DNA of 64,000 nt from assembly GCA_937625935.1 (NCBI GenBank), contig OW569356.1:1-64000 (forward strand), read 5' to 3'. Within the stretch, counting starts at the first letter, position 1, and the number at the start of each line of letters is the position of its first letter. This document shows, one piece after another, positions 29,801-44,420 of the stretch. The notes under the pieces are model-generated. The model was not told the DNA's origin, did not search any database, and worked only from the letters and a program-made list of their open reading frames with translations. The translations under genes were made by a program, and so were the position numbers. Source of the DNA: Tetramitus jugosus (Eukaryota > Protista > Heterolobosea).

Positions 29801-32800
29801 ATCAAACAGTATAATCCAGCAGTGTTGCGTCGATACTTGACAGAGCAACTGGAACTAGATGAAGACTATTGTAGGACATTTGGAGTTGCTTTGATAGCTA
29901 AGGCGAAGAGTCTTCTTGTTCAATACCCTCTTCTTGAGTTGACTCCCTTCACAAAGAGTATCCTTCAAGCATCAGATGAAGAAGCAGTCGAATCGCTTGG
30001 AACTACAACAAGCATTATGAAATTCATGGAGGAATTCCTGAATCTTCGGGTAGGTGGGGTGTTTCATAAGATAACAATGCACAATGGATGGACTTGCAAG
30101 CAACTGAGAGACAGAATGCATTCGATTATTACTGACACTCAAACCAATGTGGAGAAATATCCAGAGTTTTCAACAGTTGTTTTTATTGACGAACTTAATA
30201 CTTCTAAATGCCTTGGTATTTTAAAGGAAATGTTTATCGATAATACTTTGGATGGTGTACAACTACCTTCTAATATTTTCCTTGTTGGTGCCATCAATCC
30301 AGCAAAAAGCGACGATAAACCAGACGAAGAAGATAGGCCTGAGTATTATGTGGAGCACATGCCAGGATCGATGGACTTGCTCATTCTTGATTATGCAGAG
30401 CTTTCTCAGAGACAGGAGCGAGAGTTTTTGACTGAGCTTGTCAGTGCAAAGAACGTCTCAAGCAATGAAAAAGAACAAAAACAGATTGTTGAGGCGATTC
30501 TATGGTCACAAAAATTTGTGCATGATCAACATTTGTGGCGTGTTCGTGTCTCGATCAGAGATATGGTTCGAGCAATCACCATCTATCAGTACTTAACAAC
30601 TACAAATCCTCTTAAGCTGATTCGAAATCATCATATATTTAATCTCTACACAGCAATTGCTCTTACCTATTACTTCCGCTTGCCCACTGATCGAAGAATA
30701 CTATTCAACCGAGGGTTTCAAGCAAATGTCGTCAAGACAAGTAATTCGATGGATTTTGTTTTCCAAGATGTGTTAAGCGAAGTATTGGATCAATTTTATG
30801 TGAGATTGAAAAATCTGCAATACATCCCAATCGGCATCGCAAAAACGCAAGCATTCAAAGAGAACTTGTTCTGCTGTATCATCTGCATACAAAGTGGAAT
30901 CCCCTTGATCATTACAGGTCCTCCAGGAACCAGCAAAACGCTCAGTTTCAACATTGCCAGCACAACCAAGAATAATTCTACTGAAAAGCTTTTTGATGCC
31001 ATGAGAACAGTGCACAAAAAACATTATCAATGTAATGAAGCATCGACGGCTCAAGAAATTAGTAATGTTTTCAAGACGCAAATTAATATGAAGAGATCCT
31101 TTGAAAAGGCAGGAATGCTTTCAGAGGTGTGTGCTGTATTTTTGGATGAGGCTGGGTTGCCCCAACAAAAGAAAGCAGCAATGAAGGTGATTCATTACTA
31201 TCTTGATCATCCAGAAGTTTCAGCTGTTATTATATCTAATGATATGCTTGATGCTGCCAAGACGAACAGAGCAATCCAACTATGCCAATCAGACACAAAA
31301 CGAGAAGATTTGAAAGCGCTATGTCTTGGATGTTTAATGTTAGAGAATGAGTGCACAGACAAGCAAACTCAAACAATTGAAGCGCTTTGTGAGTCATTTG
31401 AGCAGGTGAACAAGCAATTGAGCGCTTCAAAGAAGGGAGGACTCTTTCATCTGAGAGACTTTGTCTACTTTTTAAGAATGCTGAAACGAAATCAAAAGCG
31501 ATACAACAACGATGTTCTTCATCGGGACAACATTTACTATTGTCTGCAAAGAAACTTCAGTGGTGTTCCAAGTGCTGACTTTTCCAACATTTTGAAACTA
31601 TTCTTTGAATGCATTAACAAGAGGCTGGGCACTCGTGATCCTATTCCTGAACAGAAACAATCATATCTTCAAATCATTCGAGATAGTATCAATGATCGAT
31701 TGATGCCAGAAGAGAATCCAAATGGGGCCCCATTTCGTTATGTTCTCATTTTGGATCCTAGTGATTGTGGTTCTGCAATTAATTTGTTGTTCTCAGAAAA
31801 ATTCATTGATGCGAAGAATACTCAAGTGGTGTGTGTCAGTAACTTCCCAGATGACAACAATGAATTGTCTCAGTCAGCAGTAATCTCAAAAGTTAAACTT
31901 GCAATGGAGACTGGTCAAACAGTTGTTTTGGTGAATTCTGCCACAATCAACACAAATTTTTATGATGTGTTCAATCGACATTTTGCAGAAATGATATCTA
32001 AGAATGAGAAGGATGAGACCGTTACAAGTCATTTTGCGAATGTAGCTGTTGGAGCAACATCAAAGCCTTGCTACGTACATCCACAATTCCAGATTATAGT
32101 TCATATGCCTCAATCCGAATTCGAAGCTGCGCCTCTGCCCTTCTTAAATAGATTTGAGAAATATATTCTAGGGTACAAAGAGTTATTGAACGATAAATTG
32201 AACCAGATGAAGAGCCAGAGAAAGAATAATCATTTGATGTATCAACAATATGAACTTTTCAGAGGATTGAAGAGAGGAGTGAAACATTTTGTCGAGACAT
32301 TCTCAAAATCATCATTTTATGGATTTGTTCAATCAGAGACAATCAATTCGTTGATGTATCAGATATTGTCGAACACAGATATCCATTCTGCTCCGAACAT
32401 ACCTCAACCAATGAGAATTCAAGGAGCATTGATAGACTTGCCATCGAGACTCGAAGAAGCAAAATCAGACGAGACGTCAGCGTATTCCCACCTTCAGAGA
32501 TTACCAGAGTTCATTCGTCGCTTCAACTATCTACTGCTACAAATCGCTCGACCTGAATCTATGTATTTGAGAAAGGCTATCTTGCCAAGAGCATACATGG
32601 AAGAATATTTGACTAGACAGGAACACTTGTCTGCCAAACATTTCTTGAATAATTTGCTTGACCAGCACTTCTCCAAAGAAAATACCTCAATTGGTAAATG
32701 GATGCTCTTCACTCGATCGAGCAGCAACATCTATCAACTATTGAATTCTCCAACAGCCAAGAATCTTTTGTTGGAGACTCTCCGGCGAAATGACAAGCTT

Positions 32801-35800
32801 CCAGCTGACAGTGAGTTTGATACGGAGTATACGCTTAATATTGCCTCACTCTCAAATGTAAGCAACCAAACTGAGTGCGATTCGATTGTGAAGAAATTCT
32901 TAAAATCTGAGAGGCAGTCAATTCTTATTTTTACCGTGGATATGAGAACAGTTTCAAAGAGTCAGCTTAACTATCTGAGATATGTGATCGACAATCAATC
33001 AGCCAAAGTCGATTTGGCAAAGAAACAAGGATATTTATCTTATCTCAACAAGCAGCCTCTGATATGCTGCATTGTTCATTTTCCACCTGAGTTTATTCAA
33101 TTGAAACCAACGTATGATAGTGTGTTCAACAACTGGAATTTTGTCTATATCGACTCATTTGATTTCGAACAAAAGGGTTTAATGACGGAGACCACTCAGA
33201 CAAGTAAGTCATACGATCCTAGATTCTGGTTAGGAGTAGCCATTGGCTATACCGATTATTTCCAATCAAGCATGGACTTTATGTCAGAATTTAAAGCGCT
33301 CTACGCAAAGGCTGTCGCCGCTACTGTGATGAAACTGCCTTCAAAACCGACAGCACTAATTCACCCACACCGAAAAGTGATCATTGAAAAAATTTTAGAA
33401 AACACAGCTATAGGTGTTGTTATTCTCAAGGATTTTAGCCAAAATTGGTCCAGAGATAAGTTGTCCGCATTTACCCTTTCTGCTTGTCGATCAGTTGCTG
33501 AAGGCACATCTATTCAGAGTATTTTAGAATTAATTTACTCCAAGCTTGAGTTTACATTGGTGGATAAAGTTGAGACTTATATTGAGCAGATTGCCTATCA
33601 ATTCGACACTTTGAAAGGACTATCAGACAGGCAGTGCGATCCTTCTTTGCTGAAAGCAATATTAGAGTGTATTCCAGCACCAAACGCCTGCAATTACATC
33701 TGTTTAGAGAAAGAAGCACTTCCATTCTCTAGTATTTTCCTCAGAAAAGTAATGCACACACCTGATGAAGCTCAGATTGGGTCGTTAACTTCTGTGGAGC
33801 AATATTTCCAAAGCAAGTTCCAGGGAGTAGTACGCCAAGCAGTTGACATCATTCAAGACAAACAGCAAACAGACTTACTCTTTACTGATCTTATTCGTGC
33901 TGCATTCAATACGAGAAGAAATGAGAAACTGCAAACATTCATTGAAACAATATTGAGATTGAAGTGCATGACAATTGGGCTTGATTTATCACAGATTTCA
34001 TCGCTGCTGGCTATCCAAGTTGTGCATAATAATTTTGTGAAGGTATTGTTATTCTTTTTCACAAAGTTGCCACACAGACTGGAGGACAGAGAGTCAATGG
34101 AGAGAGTATTCACAAGCTGTAGAAACCAAGAAGAAATCATTGATAGACTTTACATGTCATCTCTGAGAAATCTTTGGGAGAAACTTGGGAAAGGCAATCT
34201 CAAGAAGTGGATATCAAAATTTGAGCGCATTGATTATAACTACATTAGTGTCAAGGCTGATAAGAGCACTCACAATTTTTATAAGTGCTGCTTCATTTAC
34301 TATAGCTACGTCAAACATTTTTCAGAAGAATGGGAAAGCATTAAGACTGATAAAAACCCATCAGATCATCAGAATGCACTTACCAATCAAACAGAGATTA
34401 TTGAATCAATCGTGAATTCTCGGGGCAATCGTCAGATAGATCCAGTGAATGGCAAACGGTGGCTGGTGGAAACAATGCTCGTACTATTCAATCAAATTCG
34501 AGGAATGAAACAGGAAGAAATGGTAACATTGTTGCGCTTAATCAATACAAATGAAGGAATATGGGCTCTGTGGCCTGTTGCCGCAAAAGCTCAACTTGTG
34601 CAGTCTTTGTTCAACTCCAGACGGAATTGCTCATACATGATTGAAAATTTAATTGATGAAGAATTACGAAGAACACTAGTTGATGAATCCATACAAACTC
34701 CTGAGATAGATGTCGGTGAGGAGATATCATCGGGCATGTTGGAGCAGCTACTTTTGAGAGCAATGCTCTCTGAGTTAGCAGAGAGTGACTTTGAACACTT
34801 GTATGAAGAATATCTCGAAATAGACAAGCAGAATGCATCGAGATTTAATCGATTGTTTATCTATGCTTATGAGGTATCATTGATCTCATCACTCGCGAAA
34901 CTATTCTGTTCTGACTCTCCCACAAAAGCACTACAGGAATTGACTGAAAAGCAAACCGAAGTAGTGTGCACATTGATGAATGAGAACAAAAAGGTTCAAC
35001 TCTTTTTCTTATCTCAAGTCAGGCCAAGTAACCATCTGTCTAACCTTTTACGTCTCGACAACGATGCAAAATTACGAGCAATTGGTCTGAGTAACTGGGC
35101 CATGGAAGATATTGAAATTACAAACAGTACGAGTTATCACTTCTCATTCATGTATGACGAATCAAACCAAGGGAACGCCTACCGATCAATGATCAATCTA
35201 TTCAAGGCAACGAATCTGGAGAATTTGAAGGCATACGTGTTGCAAGAACCGAATACTTATCAAACAAGAATGTTCTTATTGCTCGTCTGCTTCAATGAAT
35301 ATTTCTTGGAGTGCAATCCATGCCCAATCTTGGACAATTTGCTCCAAGATCAAGCAATCGTCAATCATCTGCATGTAACTGGAGAAGAAATGAAGGCATA
35401 TCAATTCTATTCTCGTGGGCCCCACGATGAACCTGAAGAACGACATCACTTGGACAAGTACGTGACATATCACTTCTCTAAGCAACATCTTCAGTCAAAT
35501 GCTTCCAAAGAAGCCACTTATTTGCTCACAAATATTGCTGCAGTTTGTTTGGGAGTTCCAAAGAACAAGAATCATATGTACAATCGAATGTTCCATCCAG
35601 AGGTTTTGCATGATAGCTTCTCACCTGGATCAACATACAATCACGTTTCTTGGGATTGTGGATTCCAAACTGATGGTCTTCAAATCATATATTTCAGTGA
35701 ATATGCAAGAAATATATTGAATGGCAATCAGATGTATCACTCGGCGTTGAACACTTTGACGTGGGGTGCCTTCGCATTGTGCATGCTCTTTGATCCTCAA

Positions 35801-38098
35801 AGAAACTGCAAATTATCAAAGGATAATCACATGCTCAATTATGTAGGAAGAGATGGCCATGGTGACCGTAATTTATCGGAGATTGACATGGTGTCGAAGT
35901 ATATTTTCACGAGATTTGTCAGCTTTTTATCCTTGGTCAGCATCAGTCACGCGATATCCTCTCAAAATATCGATCTGACTGTATTCTTCACCTATTCTCT
36001 CATGCATTTCTTCAATCATGCTCCCACCTCTGACAAAGCAATGGGCTATTGGGCAATGAATGGGGACTTGGCTCCTCAAATTCGTGCATATGAAAACTTT
36101 ATCAGAGATCAATGTTTTCAACCTGTCATTGACGGATATGGACAGATTCGAGAAGCAATTCAGAGAGGTTCAAGGAATAATCAAAAGTTAAGAGAGCTCT
36201 TCGAACATCAGAATATATTGACCACAAAACAAGATCAGTTCAACTATTTCCCAAAACTGACTGCTGCTCTGGAAGACTTGACCCGAATAGACCCGCAAAA
36301 AGTTCCAACCATCACCTTGTACAACCAATTAGAACAGAAGCTCAAAGCATTGCAACAGCTACCAGTATTGATTGAGTTTTACATTGTGCTTCACTCAAAA
36401 CTGAACAAGAAACTCAAGAAAGGAGATGAATTGAGTATGACTGGTATTCAAGCTGTTCAACACTGTGGTGGTGAGTGTGTTAACCTGTGGCGCTCCTTCC
36501 AAACAGCATGGAATTCGTGCAAAGAACAGCTTGGCCAACTACAAGTCTGCCATTTTGCAGAAGAGAACGGCGAAGCAAGTATTATCGATATGAATGATGA
36601 TGTTCCTTTATTGTCTCTGCTGAAAACTGAGAATAATGAGATTTTACGCATGATCGAAAGTTTGATTACCACCACACAAGAAAAAGTGACCGAGCAGAGT
36701 GAAACACTTGAGACACTAGAATGTGGCCTTATACCACAAATGGACCTTGCTCTATGCTCATCTCTGTTGGCATCGCCTCAAGATCACCTTGAACTCTATG
36801 CTAACTCTTCTTGTTTCATTGACGACAATGGGCGCATATTTGATTGGATTTTGATTGATGAACTATTCAAATTCAGATTCATGTTAGGACCTGTAAAACT
36901 CAGCACTAGTGCTCTCAATGGTATTGACTTCAAATATCAAAACCTAAATCCAGAATCTGAAATCGCCGAACCAATGGAAGACGGTGACAACGAGACAGTA
37001 GCCCTCAAAACTCTGCATCAACTCATTGAACGCATGAAATATTACCATTGTCAGGACTTGAGCACGATGAGCAATTCAACCAAGAATATGCTAAACAAAC
37101 ATATAGGTCGACCTCAAAAAAGATATCACATGATTGATGAGTTGAATCGTTTGATGATACATATAAGAACTGAAGCCCAGGAATTGGTGGAAATTAATTT
37201 TTCTGCCACTCTAATTCACTACGGCCAATCGAAACAAATTGACATTCCAGAGTTATCAAAGTTCAAATTTATGACAGTCGTTCAGCTTGCCCACATTGTT
37301 GACTTGTCTGAACATGTTTTCAATTATTCTTTGACTCAATCTCTGCCTACAGATAACTTCTCCAGCTTAAATACAGCACTCTCAGCCGAAACGCAACAAC
37401 ACTTGAATAAGTTTGAACAAGAAACTCTAAAATGCTTAGACAATGAACCAAATGATGAGCCAGTTGACTTCATCCGAGAACTCACTAACATATTCGTATC
37501 AAACTCAGACAAGCTAGCTACTTGTACACAACAAAAGACTAAGCTTTCAGAACTATTTAAGGATGAATTGAGTGGTTTTAATGCCGAAATGTTGCATGCT
37601 GTGCTTCCAAATACAGTGTATGTTGAAAACTATGGTGAATTCATGAAATTTGCAAGGCTTCTCTGTGGTAAATATGACTTCAAGAAATCGATGATGCCTC
37701 AGGCAGTCTACAAAGAAATGACTAAACTGGACAAATCTGTTGGTGAAATGACTCTCGAAGGCAACGAACCCATCGCAGAATCAGAAGATCAATCGAACAA
37801 CCCAGTGATTGAAACAACACAAGAAGCTACCAGTTACGCAATGATCTATGAAGAAGACAGTAGTGTGATGTATTTCGACAAAGTGCTCTCCCATTCACGA
37901 AATGAAGAAGTGAGGCAGCTAATGAACAGCACCTCGAACCTTGAAGCGGAAGTGAAACAGTTGAGAGAGCAACACAAACTCATGATTGATGACATTCACT
38001 CAATGGAACTTCTCATCACTGATCTGACTATGTTCGAAGAAGATATTGACAGACTAACCAAACTTGACAAACTAGTGGATTCTATGATTTACCAATAA
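23900..38098 (+). CDS. RNF213: RNF213 (mysterin)-like giant dynein-type AAA+ ATPase, ~4,660 aa, 4 exons (23900-24097, 24170-24274, 24336-29519, 29603-38098)
   Basis: GT-AG introns join the exons in phase 0; the 83-nt intron 29520-29602 splits Walker A GSTGTGK|T. RNF213-type motifs: FIDELNT, IPLIITGPPGTSKTLS, YQC, VFLDEAGL, KVIHYYLD, ISNDMLDAAKTNRA, LRDF, RNFSG, SNFPDD, AMETGQTVVL, PFLNRFEK. Confidence 0.88.
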
Positions 38099-38164
38099 TT
38101 AAATAAATGTCTCAAGCCTAAATGGTTTGGTCTCTTTTCTCAAACTTTATTGCTACGCCCGAAC

Positions 38165-41100
38165 TTAACACTCAATACCCTGCAGTTCAATATTTCGTGT
38201 TCTTGTTGGAGCACGTGACAATTTGCGTTGTACATCACTCAGGGTTTTCTTCTTGTAAACTCGCAGCATCAGAGAACTGACCATCACAAGCAAACTTGAT
38301 CCAATCATGAAGCCTGCAGCCAGATAAGGTGGAATAACAATACTAGTGAAAGGATAAATAGCACCTGAAGCAATAGGTATGAACAACACATTGTAACCAC
38401 ATGCCCACACATGATTCAATCTGATCCGATCATATGTGTACTTTGACAAGTCAATGGCCGTAACCACATCCCTTAGGTCATTCTTAACCAAAACAACATC
38501 AGCCGATTGAATAGCAATATCTGATCCAGCTCCGATCGCAATACCCACATTGGCTTGTGCTAAAGAGGGGCTATCATTGATACCATCACCTACCATTGCT
38601 ACAACGTGACCTCTGTGTTGCAATCGCTTGATCTCCTCCAGCTTCTGTGCTGGTAGTACTTCAGATATAACCCTCTTGATACCAACCTTCGAAGCGGCGT
38701 GCTGAGCAGACTGTCTTCGATCACCAGATATCAGTACAGTTTTAATTCCCATGTTATGCAACGTACGCACAACATCTTGAGCCTCCTTTTTGACAGTATC
38801 TGACAACGCAAAAAATCCAACAAGCTTGGTGTCGACACCGACGAGAACAACTGTTCTTCCTTGCTCAGCTTGCGACTCGATATCATTTAGATGCTGTGCC
38901 ATATTGATTTCATCAATTAGAACACCACCCTTCTGCAACAGGTCTCTCTTTCCCACAAAGATCGTTCTCGTTCTTTCGTTGTCAACTACTGTGCATCTCA
39001 TTCCCTCCGCTGTCACGGAATGAACCTCTTGAACAACAATGTTCTGCTCTAATTGACTTAATCTGTCCGACTGAAGAAGTGATTGCTTGCAATATTGCAC
39101 CAATGACTTTCCTAATGGATGCTCACTACTACCCTCAGCAGCCTGCACAAAGACAAGAAATTCCTCCTCTGAATAACCATCAAAAACTTGGTGATGAACA
39201 ACTGATGGCCTGCCTTCAGTGATTGTACCAGTCTTATCAAACACAACGGCAGAAATGTTATGTGCCACCTCTAATGGCTCTCCGCCCTTGATTAATATGC
39301 CTAGTTTCGCACCTACACCAGTCGATACCATTACAGCAGTTGGGGTAGCTAAACCTAAAGCACAAGGACAAGCAATGACAAGAACGGCCATGGCATACTC
39401 GAGAGCATAAATAAATGAGTTTGACCCATTCGGTATCCAACTCTTTGGTACAACATGCAGCAAAGAGAATGAATACCAGACAAAGAATGTCAATAGAGAG
39501 ATTCCTATCACGCATGGAACAAACACCTGAGATATCTTGTCTGCAAACTGCTGTATTGGTGCTTTGGAGCATTGTGCATCCTTCACCAGATTCACAATTT
39601 GTGACAACATGCTCTCGGCCCCGGTCTTGTCGACTCGAATGATAAATGAGCCATCATTGTTCAGTGTGCCTCCAATGACTTTATCTCCCTCATGCTTCAC
39701 AACTGGCTCATATTCACCCGTAATCATGCTCTCATCGACAGAACTGACTCCTTGAGTTACTACACCATCAGCAGGCACTCTTTCACCTGGCAAAACCTTC
39801 AGATAATCTCCCTTTTGCACTAATTCAATATCAATCTCATGCTCCTCTGAATCCATGGAGAATTGTCCATTTTTGTCTGGTTTGACTATGATTGCTGACT
39901 TGGCTTGGAGACGAGCGAGCTCAGTGATTGCAGCCGACGTTCGTTTCTTGGCATACATTTCCAAAAACTTTCCCAAGTTTTGAAACATGATAATCATGGC
40001 TGCAGTTTCAAAAAACAAGCGAGAGGCAACAAATGATGATGAAAAGAGTTGCCGCAGCAACATGAATGCACTAAAGAGATACGCAGCATTTGTGCCCATA
40101 GAAATCAAGACGCTCATATCGGCATAACCAGCCTTCAGAGCCTTGAAAGCACTCTGATGGAAATGAAGTCCAAAAACGAAATGAATCGGAGTTGAAAACA
40201 GCAGCACAACAATTGCCTTGAAGGGAAATGTTCTCGGCATCGTCATCACACTACCTCCATCCGGTCCAAACGATGGATGCATTCCTCCAAACATGGTGAT
40301 GAAAAACACTGGTATCGTCAATATAAGACTGAAAATAAATCTGTTACGCCATATGAGAATCTCCGAATCGTAGAACGCATTGAGGTCATCTGTCACGGCA
40401 GATTGCTTCAAACTGGCACGGAATCCTAGACTATTGATTGATTGAATAATGTCTCTCTTTCCAATCACACTCGAATCATACCGAACAGAAGCAGAATTGG
40501 TCATTAAATTGACAGAAACAGAGGAAATACCGGACTTGACCTTCAGAGTATTCTCAATCTTTGATGAGCATGAAACACAATTCATTCCACTGATTCCGAG
40601 CTCTAAATCCTGCACCGAATCACATTGTGCCACCTCTTTTCCAACGACAACACTACTGTTGGACTCTTCTAATGATACATTGCGCACGACTCTGCACGAA
40701 AATCCCAATTGTTCCACACTGGCCTTTAAAAACTTGGCATTGACCGATCGAGTCGAATGATAACTCACCTTTCCACTCGCAGACAACAAATTGATGGATA
40801 CGCCATCAGATTCTACACCTTGAATCGACTTTAAATGCGACTCAATCTTTGCCACGCAAGACGAACAATTCATACCACCAATACTGAGCTCCAATTGTCT
40901 CCTACGACCACCGCCATTACTACTGCTTTTCAATGGTTTCTTGTTTGTCCCTACTACCGCGACTGCAACTTGATGATCATCACCATCATCAATCTGAATG
41001 GAATCATTGATAAATGATGATTCTCCCACAAGAATTCTTTCTTGTTTTTCATCATGTTGTTGACTATCATAGTCAAATTGATCCAATTGAACATACTTTG

Positions 41101-41351
41101 GTTGATTACTAGGTAAAATGAAACGAAAGACACTCGAGATGCGATCAGAGAGTAGTCTAGGTGACGTCTTCATCATGTTTACGCCACTCGAGTTCAATGG
41201 ATGAATCATGGGTGAATCTTCGTCATCCATGTCATCATTTTCATCATCATCATTTTCATCATTATCATACTCTTCCTCATCAACATGACCACGAGCAGTT
41301 GTTTCATCACTCATGGACAGTACAACACTTGAATCATCACTATTCTTGTTC

Positions 41352-41392
<41 letters not shown>

Positions 41393-41929
41393 GTTGTTAT
41401 TATTATTGTTGTTATTAAAATGTACATTGTCACTAGTGTTGAGAGTATTTCCCGTACCATCTGATCTACTACTACCACTACCACCACCATTATATGTCGC
41501 TTGAAAATTGGGACTTGCTGCATGAATCAACTCTATTGTTTTTTCAATCAAAGATTGTTGATCATCATCAGCATCACCATTACTACTACTATCACTACTA
41601 TTACTATTACTATTACTACTACTATTACTATTGTTGTTTCTATAGAGATAGACACACTTGTCTTCCAATGAGACACGATATGAATAATAAGAATGAGAAT
41701 AGGGTGCTGTCTCACTACTCACATTGTTGTTGTTGCTATTATCATCATCATGATCATCATGAGAAACAGGTGCTTGAGTAGTAGTAGTAGTAGTAGTAGT
41801 AGAAGGCATGAGAGACAAGAGTGCTTGTGTCACTTTGGCAACACAATTCTTGCACTTCATTCCTGTGATTTGAATCACAGCCATCACATGATCATTGGAC
41901 TGCTGCTGTTGCTGTTGCTGTTGCATCAT
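38165..41929 (-). CDS. Copper-transporting P1B-type ATPase (ATP7/Ccc2/HMA5 class)
   Basis: Three GMxCxxC HMA domains, TGE, CPC, DKTGT, SEHP, GDGIND, YN and MxxSS motifs; poly-N/S/T microsatellite inserts in the N-terminus. Confidence 0.97.
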
Positions 41930-42253
41930 GTTTTTTGTTGTTGTTGTTACAATGTGGATGGATTATCAATGGTTGTTGTTGTTGTTGTTGAAGAATTTTG
42001 TTGGTTGGTTGGTTGGTGTGATTCGATGTATGTTTGTTCGTGTGACTCGTCAAATAAAACGTAGAGAGTATAATTTAGTGAATGCATCAACAATCCAAAA
42101 GCTTTTGGGTCCTGGTCGGGAGGTTCTGAAATGAGATTCTCACCTCTCCAGCTGAGAGGTTTTTTTAAGGGTGGCGGAGAATAGGAGATCGGATCACTCC
42201 GCACTACGCAATTGCCACGCAGGATAGGAGGATCTGGGCCAGCACGTGACACG

Positions 42254-43795
42254 TTAATTCGACTGAGAACGTATATTTCTCTGTTCTTCTAAAAGTTTGT
42301 CCATGGTTGGCTTGTTCATCTCAATGAGTGCAAACTTGCCAAACTTGTCGTGCAGTTCTGGTTTGCCAGCTTCATGGTACCATACCAAGCACTTTTCCAT
42401 TCTCTTTGAGGCCTTGATCAAAAAGTTGGTTGCAACCTTCTTCTCGATCCATTTGGTAAATGCATTGTCTCCGTCCATCTTGCCTCCAAAAGCATTGGAT
42501 GTGACCTGGATCCATTGACAACAATTGTCTCCCAGATCACGGAACACTTGATAATTGTACAATCTCATATGAACAGCTCTGCCCTTTTTGGCAGCATCAG
42601 CTTCACTCAGTGCCTCTATTGGATATGGTTTCAACAGGTCAAAGTAAGTGTTGCTCTCTGGCGAATATGTTGACGTGCCACACATGGGAATGAATCGCTT
42701 ATTGGCAAACGGAACACCAAGGTTCATATTGATCACTGACACGTACGTATAGAACATTGGATCAAATTGTTGTTTTTGCTCCTGCTTTTGCTGTTGTTGT
42801 TCGAATTGTTCTGTGGAGAACTCTGGTTCAACTAAGCACTGTTTCGACATCACTGATCCTTCATGAGATGAAGAATTCTGAGCAACATTCGAGCTGCTAT
42901 TGTTGTTGTTACTAATGTTCTCACTTGATCCTTTTTGTTGCTTTGCCTTCATTGGAGTTTCCATGTCCTCCACTTTTAATATCGTACTCTTTGAATCAGT
43001 GGCACTGAACGTAAATATCTCTGAATACTTTTCCTCACTGAAAAACACTTTGAACACATCTGTACTGGAGCAATTAAAGGTCCACACAGTCTTTGTCGTC
43101 CATATTTTTCCATGTTTCTTCTCACAATCTTGGTCAAGAACGTTGAGTGTGCTCCGGAAGAGCATTACAGATCGGACCATCTTTCTACCAAAGTGTCTAC
43201 TCATTCTTAGGTCCCAATTGATACCATCTCTCGTAGAATTGTTGACCAGAGAGATGTCTTTGGTAGTCATCATTAACCTTTCTTCGTCCTCTGCTGTGAT
43301 GAGCACTTGTTTGAGATGAGACTTGTGTACGGCAACTTGTTCCAGATCAGCCGCTGTTTTGAGGGTTTTTCTCACCCATCCAAGCCAGAATTCGCTACGT
43401 ACAAAACGAGGAAACGTATCATTCTCAATCATGTGCAAAGCAGCTGTAATTCCGTTCATAAACACATTTTTTGCCGAAGTTCGAGTTTGTTGCTCTTGAG
43501 GCAACTGCTCAAACTCAGCTACGGCTTTGGTGATGGTCTCTACTTCTTCATTGCTCAAATTGATCTGCTTGTTACTGTTTCGCTTCACAAACGAATTGTA
43601 AATGAGTTGTACGAGTGCAACAAGTTTTTCACTTGGGCCCACAAAGGAATCGAACTCGAGGCAGTGACAATAAAAGAGTAGTGACTCTTCATTGTGTTCT
43701 TTCATCATGTGTTGCATCAGACGTTCGAGAGCTTTTGGATAATTGAGTACCTTGGTGAAAACGTACTGATATTCGTAGTATTGAATCTTGGGCAT
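42254..43795 (-). CDS. RGS-domain protein with a C-terminal START-like domain
   Basis: EHNEESLLFY...IYNSFV..NSNKQINLS...IENDTFPRFVRS (RGS). The C-half pattern (VPFANKRF...FRDLGDNCCQWIQV..AFGG) is START-like at lower confidence. Confidence 0.85.
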   Translation of the reverse strand: MPKIQYYEYQYVFTKVLNYPKALERLMQHMMKEHNEESLLFYCHCLEFDSFVGPSEKLVALVQLIYNSFVKRNSNKQINLSNEEVETITKAVAEFEQLPQEQQTRTSAKNVFMNGITAALHMIENDTFPRFVRSEFWLGWVRKTLKTAADLEQVAVHKSHLKQVLITAEDEERLMMTTKDISLVNNSTRDGINWDLRMSRHFGRKMVRSVMLFRSTLNVLDQDCEKKHGKIWTTKTVWTFNCSSTDVFKVFFSEEKYSEIFTFSATDSKSTILKVEDMETPMKAKQQKGSSENISNNNNSSSNVAQNSSSHEGSVMSKQCLVEPEFSTEQFEQQQQKQEQKQQFDPMFYTYVSVINMNLGVPFANKRFIPMCGTSTYSPESNTYFDLLKPYPIEALSEADAAKKGRAVHMRLYNYQVFRDLGDNCCQWIQVTSNAFGGKMDGDNAFTKWIEKKVATNFLIKASKRMEKCLVWYHEAGKPELHDKFGKFALIEMNKPTMDKLLEEQRNIRSQSN

Positions 43796-44420
43796 CGTTT
43801 TTGTTTTCTGGGTCCGGAAGAATTTCGTGGTAGAAGAACCTGCAATGTGATTTTACTCTTGAGGGATGTCGACTGGATTTTAAAAACTTTGATCACTACG
43901 GTGGCCACTGAGATCAAAAGTAAACACACAGAAAGTTAAGGCAGGGTGATGTGTGTTTCGTGTTGTTTTGATGGGAGAAGCGGAAGAAGGTGCTGGGCCT
44001 ATTGGATATTTGTTATCAGAAATCGATCTGGGTGTCTCCGAAAAACGTGAAGGTCAAAGACCCATTTATACGTTGTCGTGAATTAAATGGGCTTACGCCA
44101 CAATTGTTCAAGAGTTGACGACAGTTGACAGGTGACAAACATGACAGCTTTGCTGCAGATTACTCAAAAAGGGGAAAATTATGGTTTATGTCCGGTTACG
44201 AACTTTTTGTTACACCATAACACACTCCATTCATCACATGCAATTGGGAGAAACATCATCGTTAACAAACCATTACTGAGAAGAAATTTTTGATGATTTT
44301 ATATTGGTTCTTGAAAAAGTGTGTCTGTGTTAAAATCTGGATTTGGCAGTAACACTTATGGCAGAATTTATTCCTCGCCTCGAATCTTGCGACTTCCTAA
44401 TCCGACGGAGGACATTCAAT

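Noticed and set aside
24357-38098. Two separate giant genes or a programmed frameshift at ~29610
   Set aside because: A canonical 83-nt GTATGT...AAG intron (29520-29602) rebuilds Walker A GSTGTGKT.
41340-41800. Poly-Y/poly-L/poly-C ORFs on the plus strand
   Set aside because: Antisense shadows of trinucleotide microsatellites encoding poly-N/S/T in the Cu-ATPase.
44110-44150. Cluster of TGAC(A) words in the intergenic region
   Set aside because: Too short to distinguish from chance without cross-gene enrichment.
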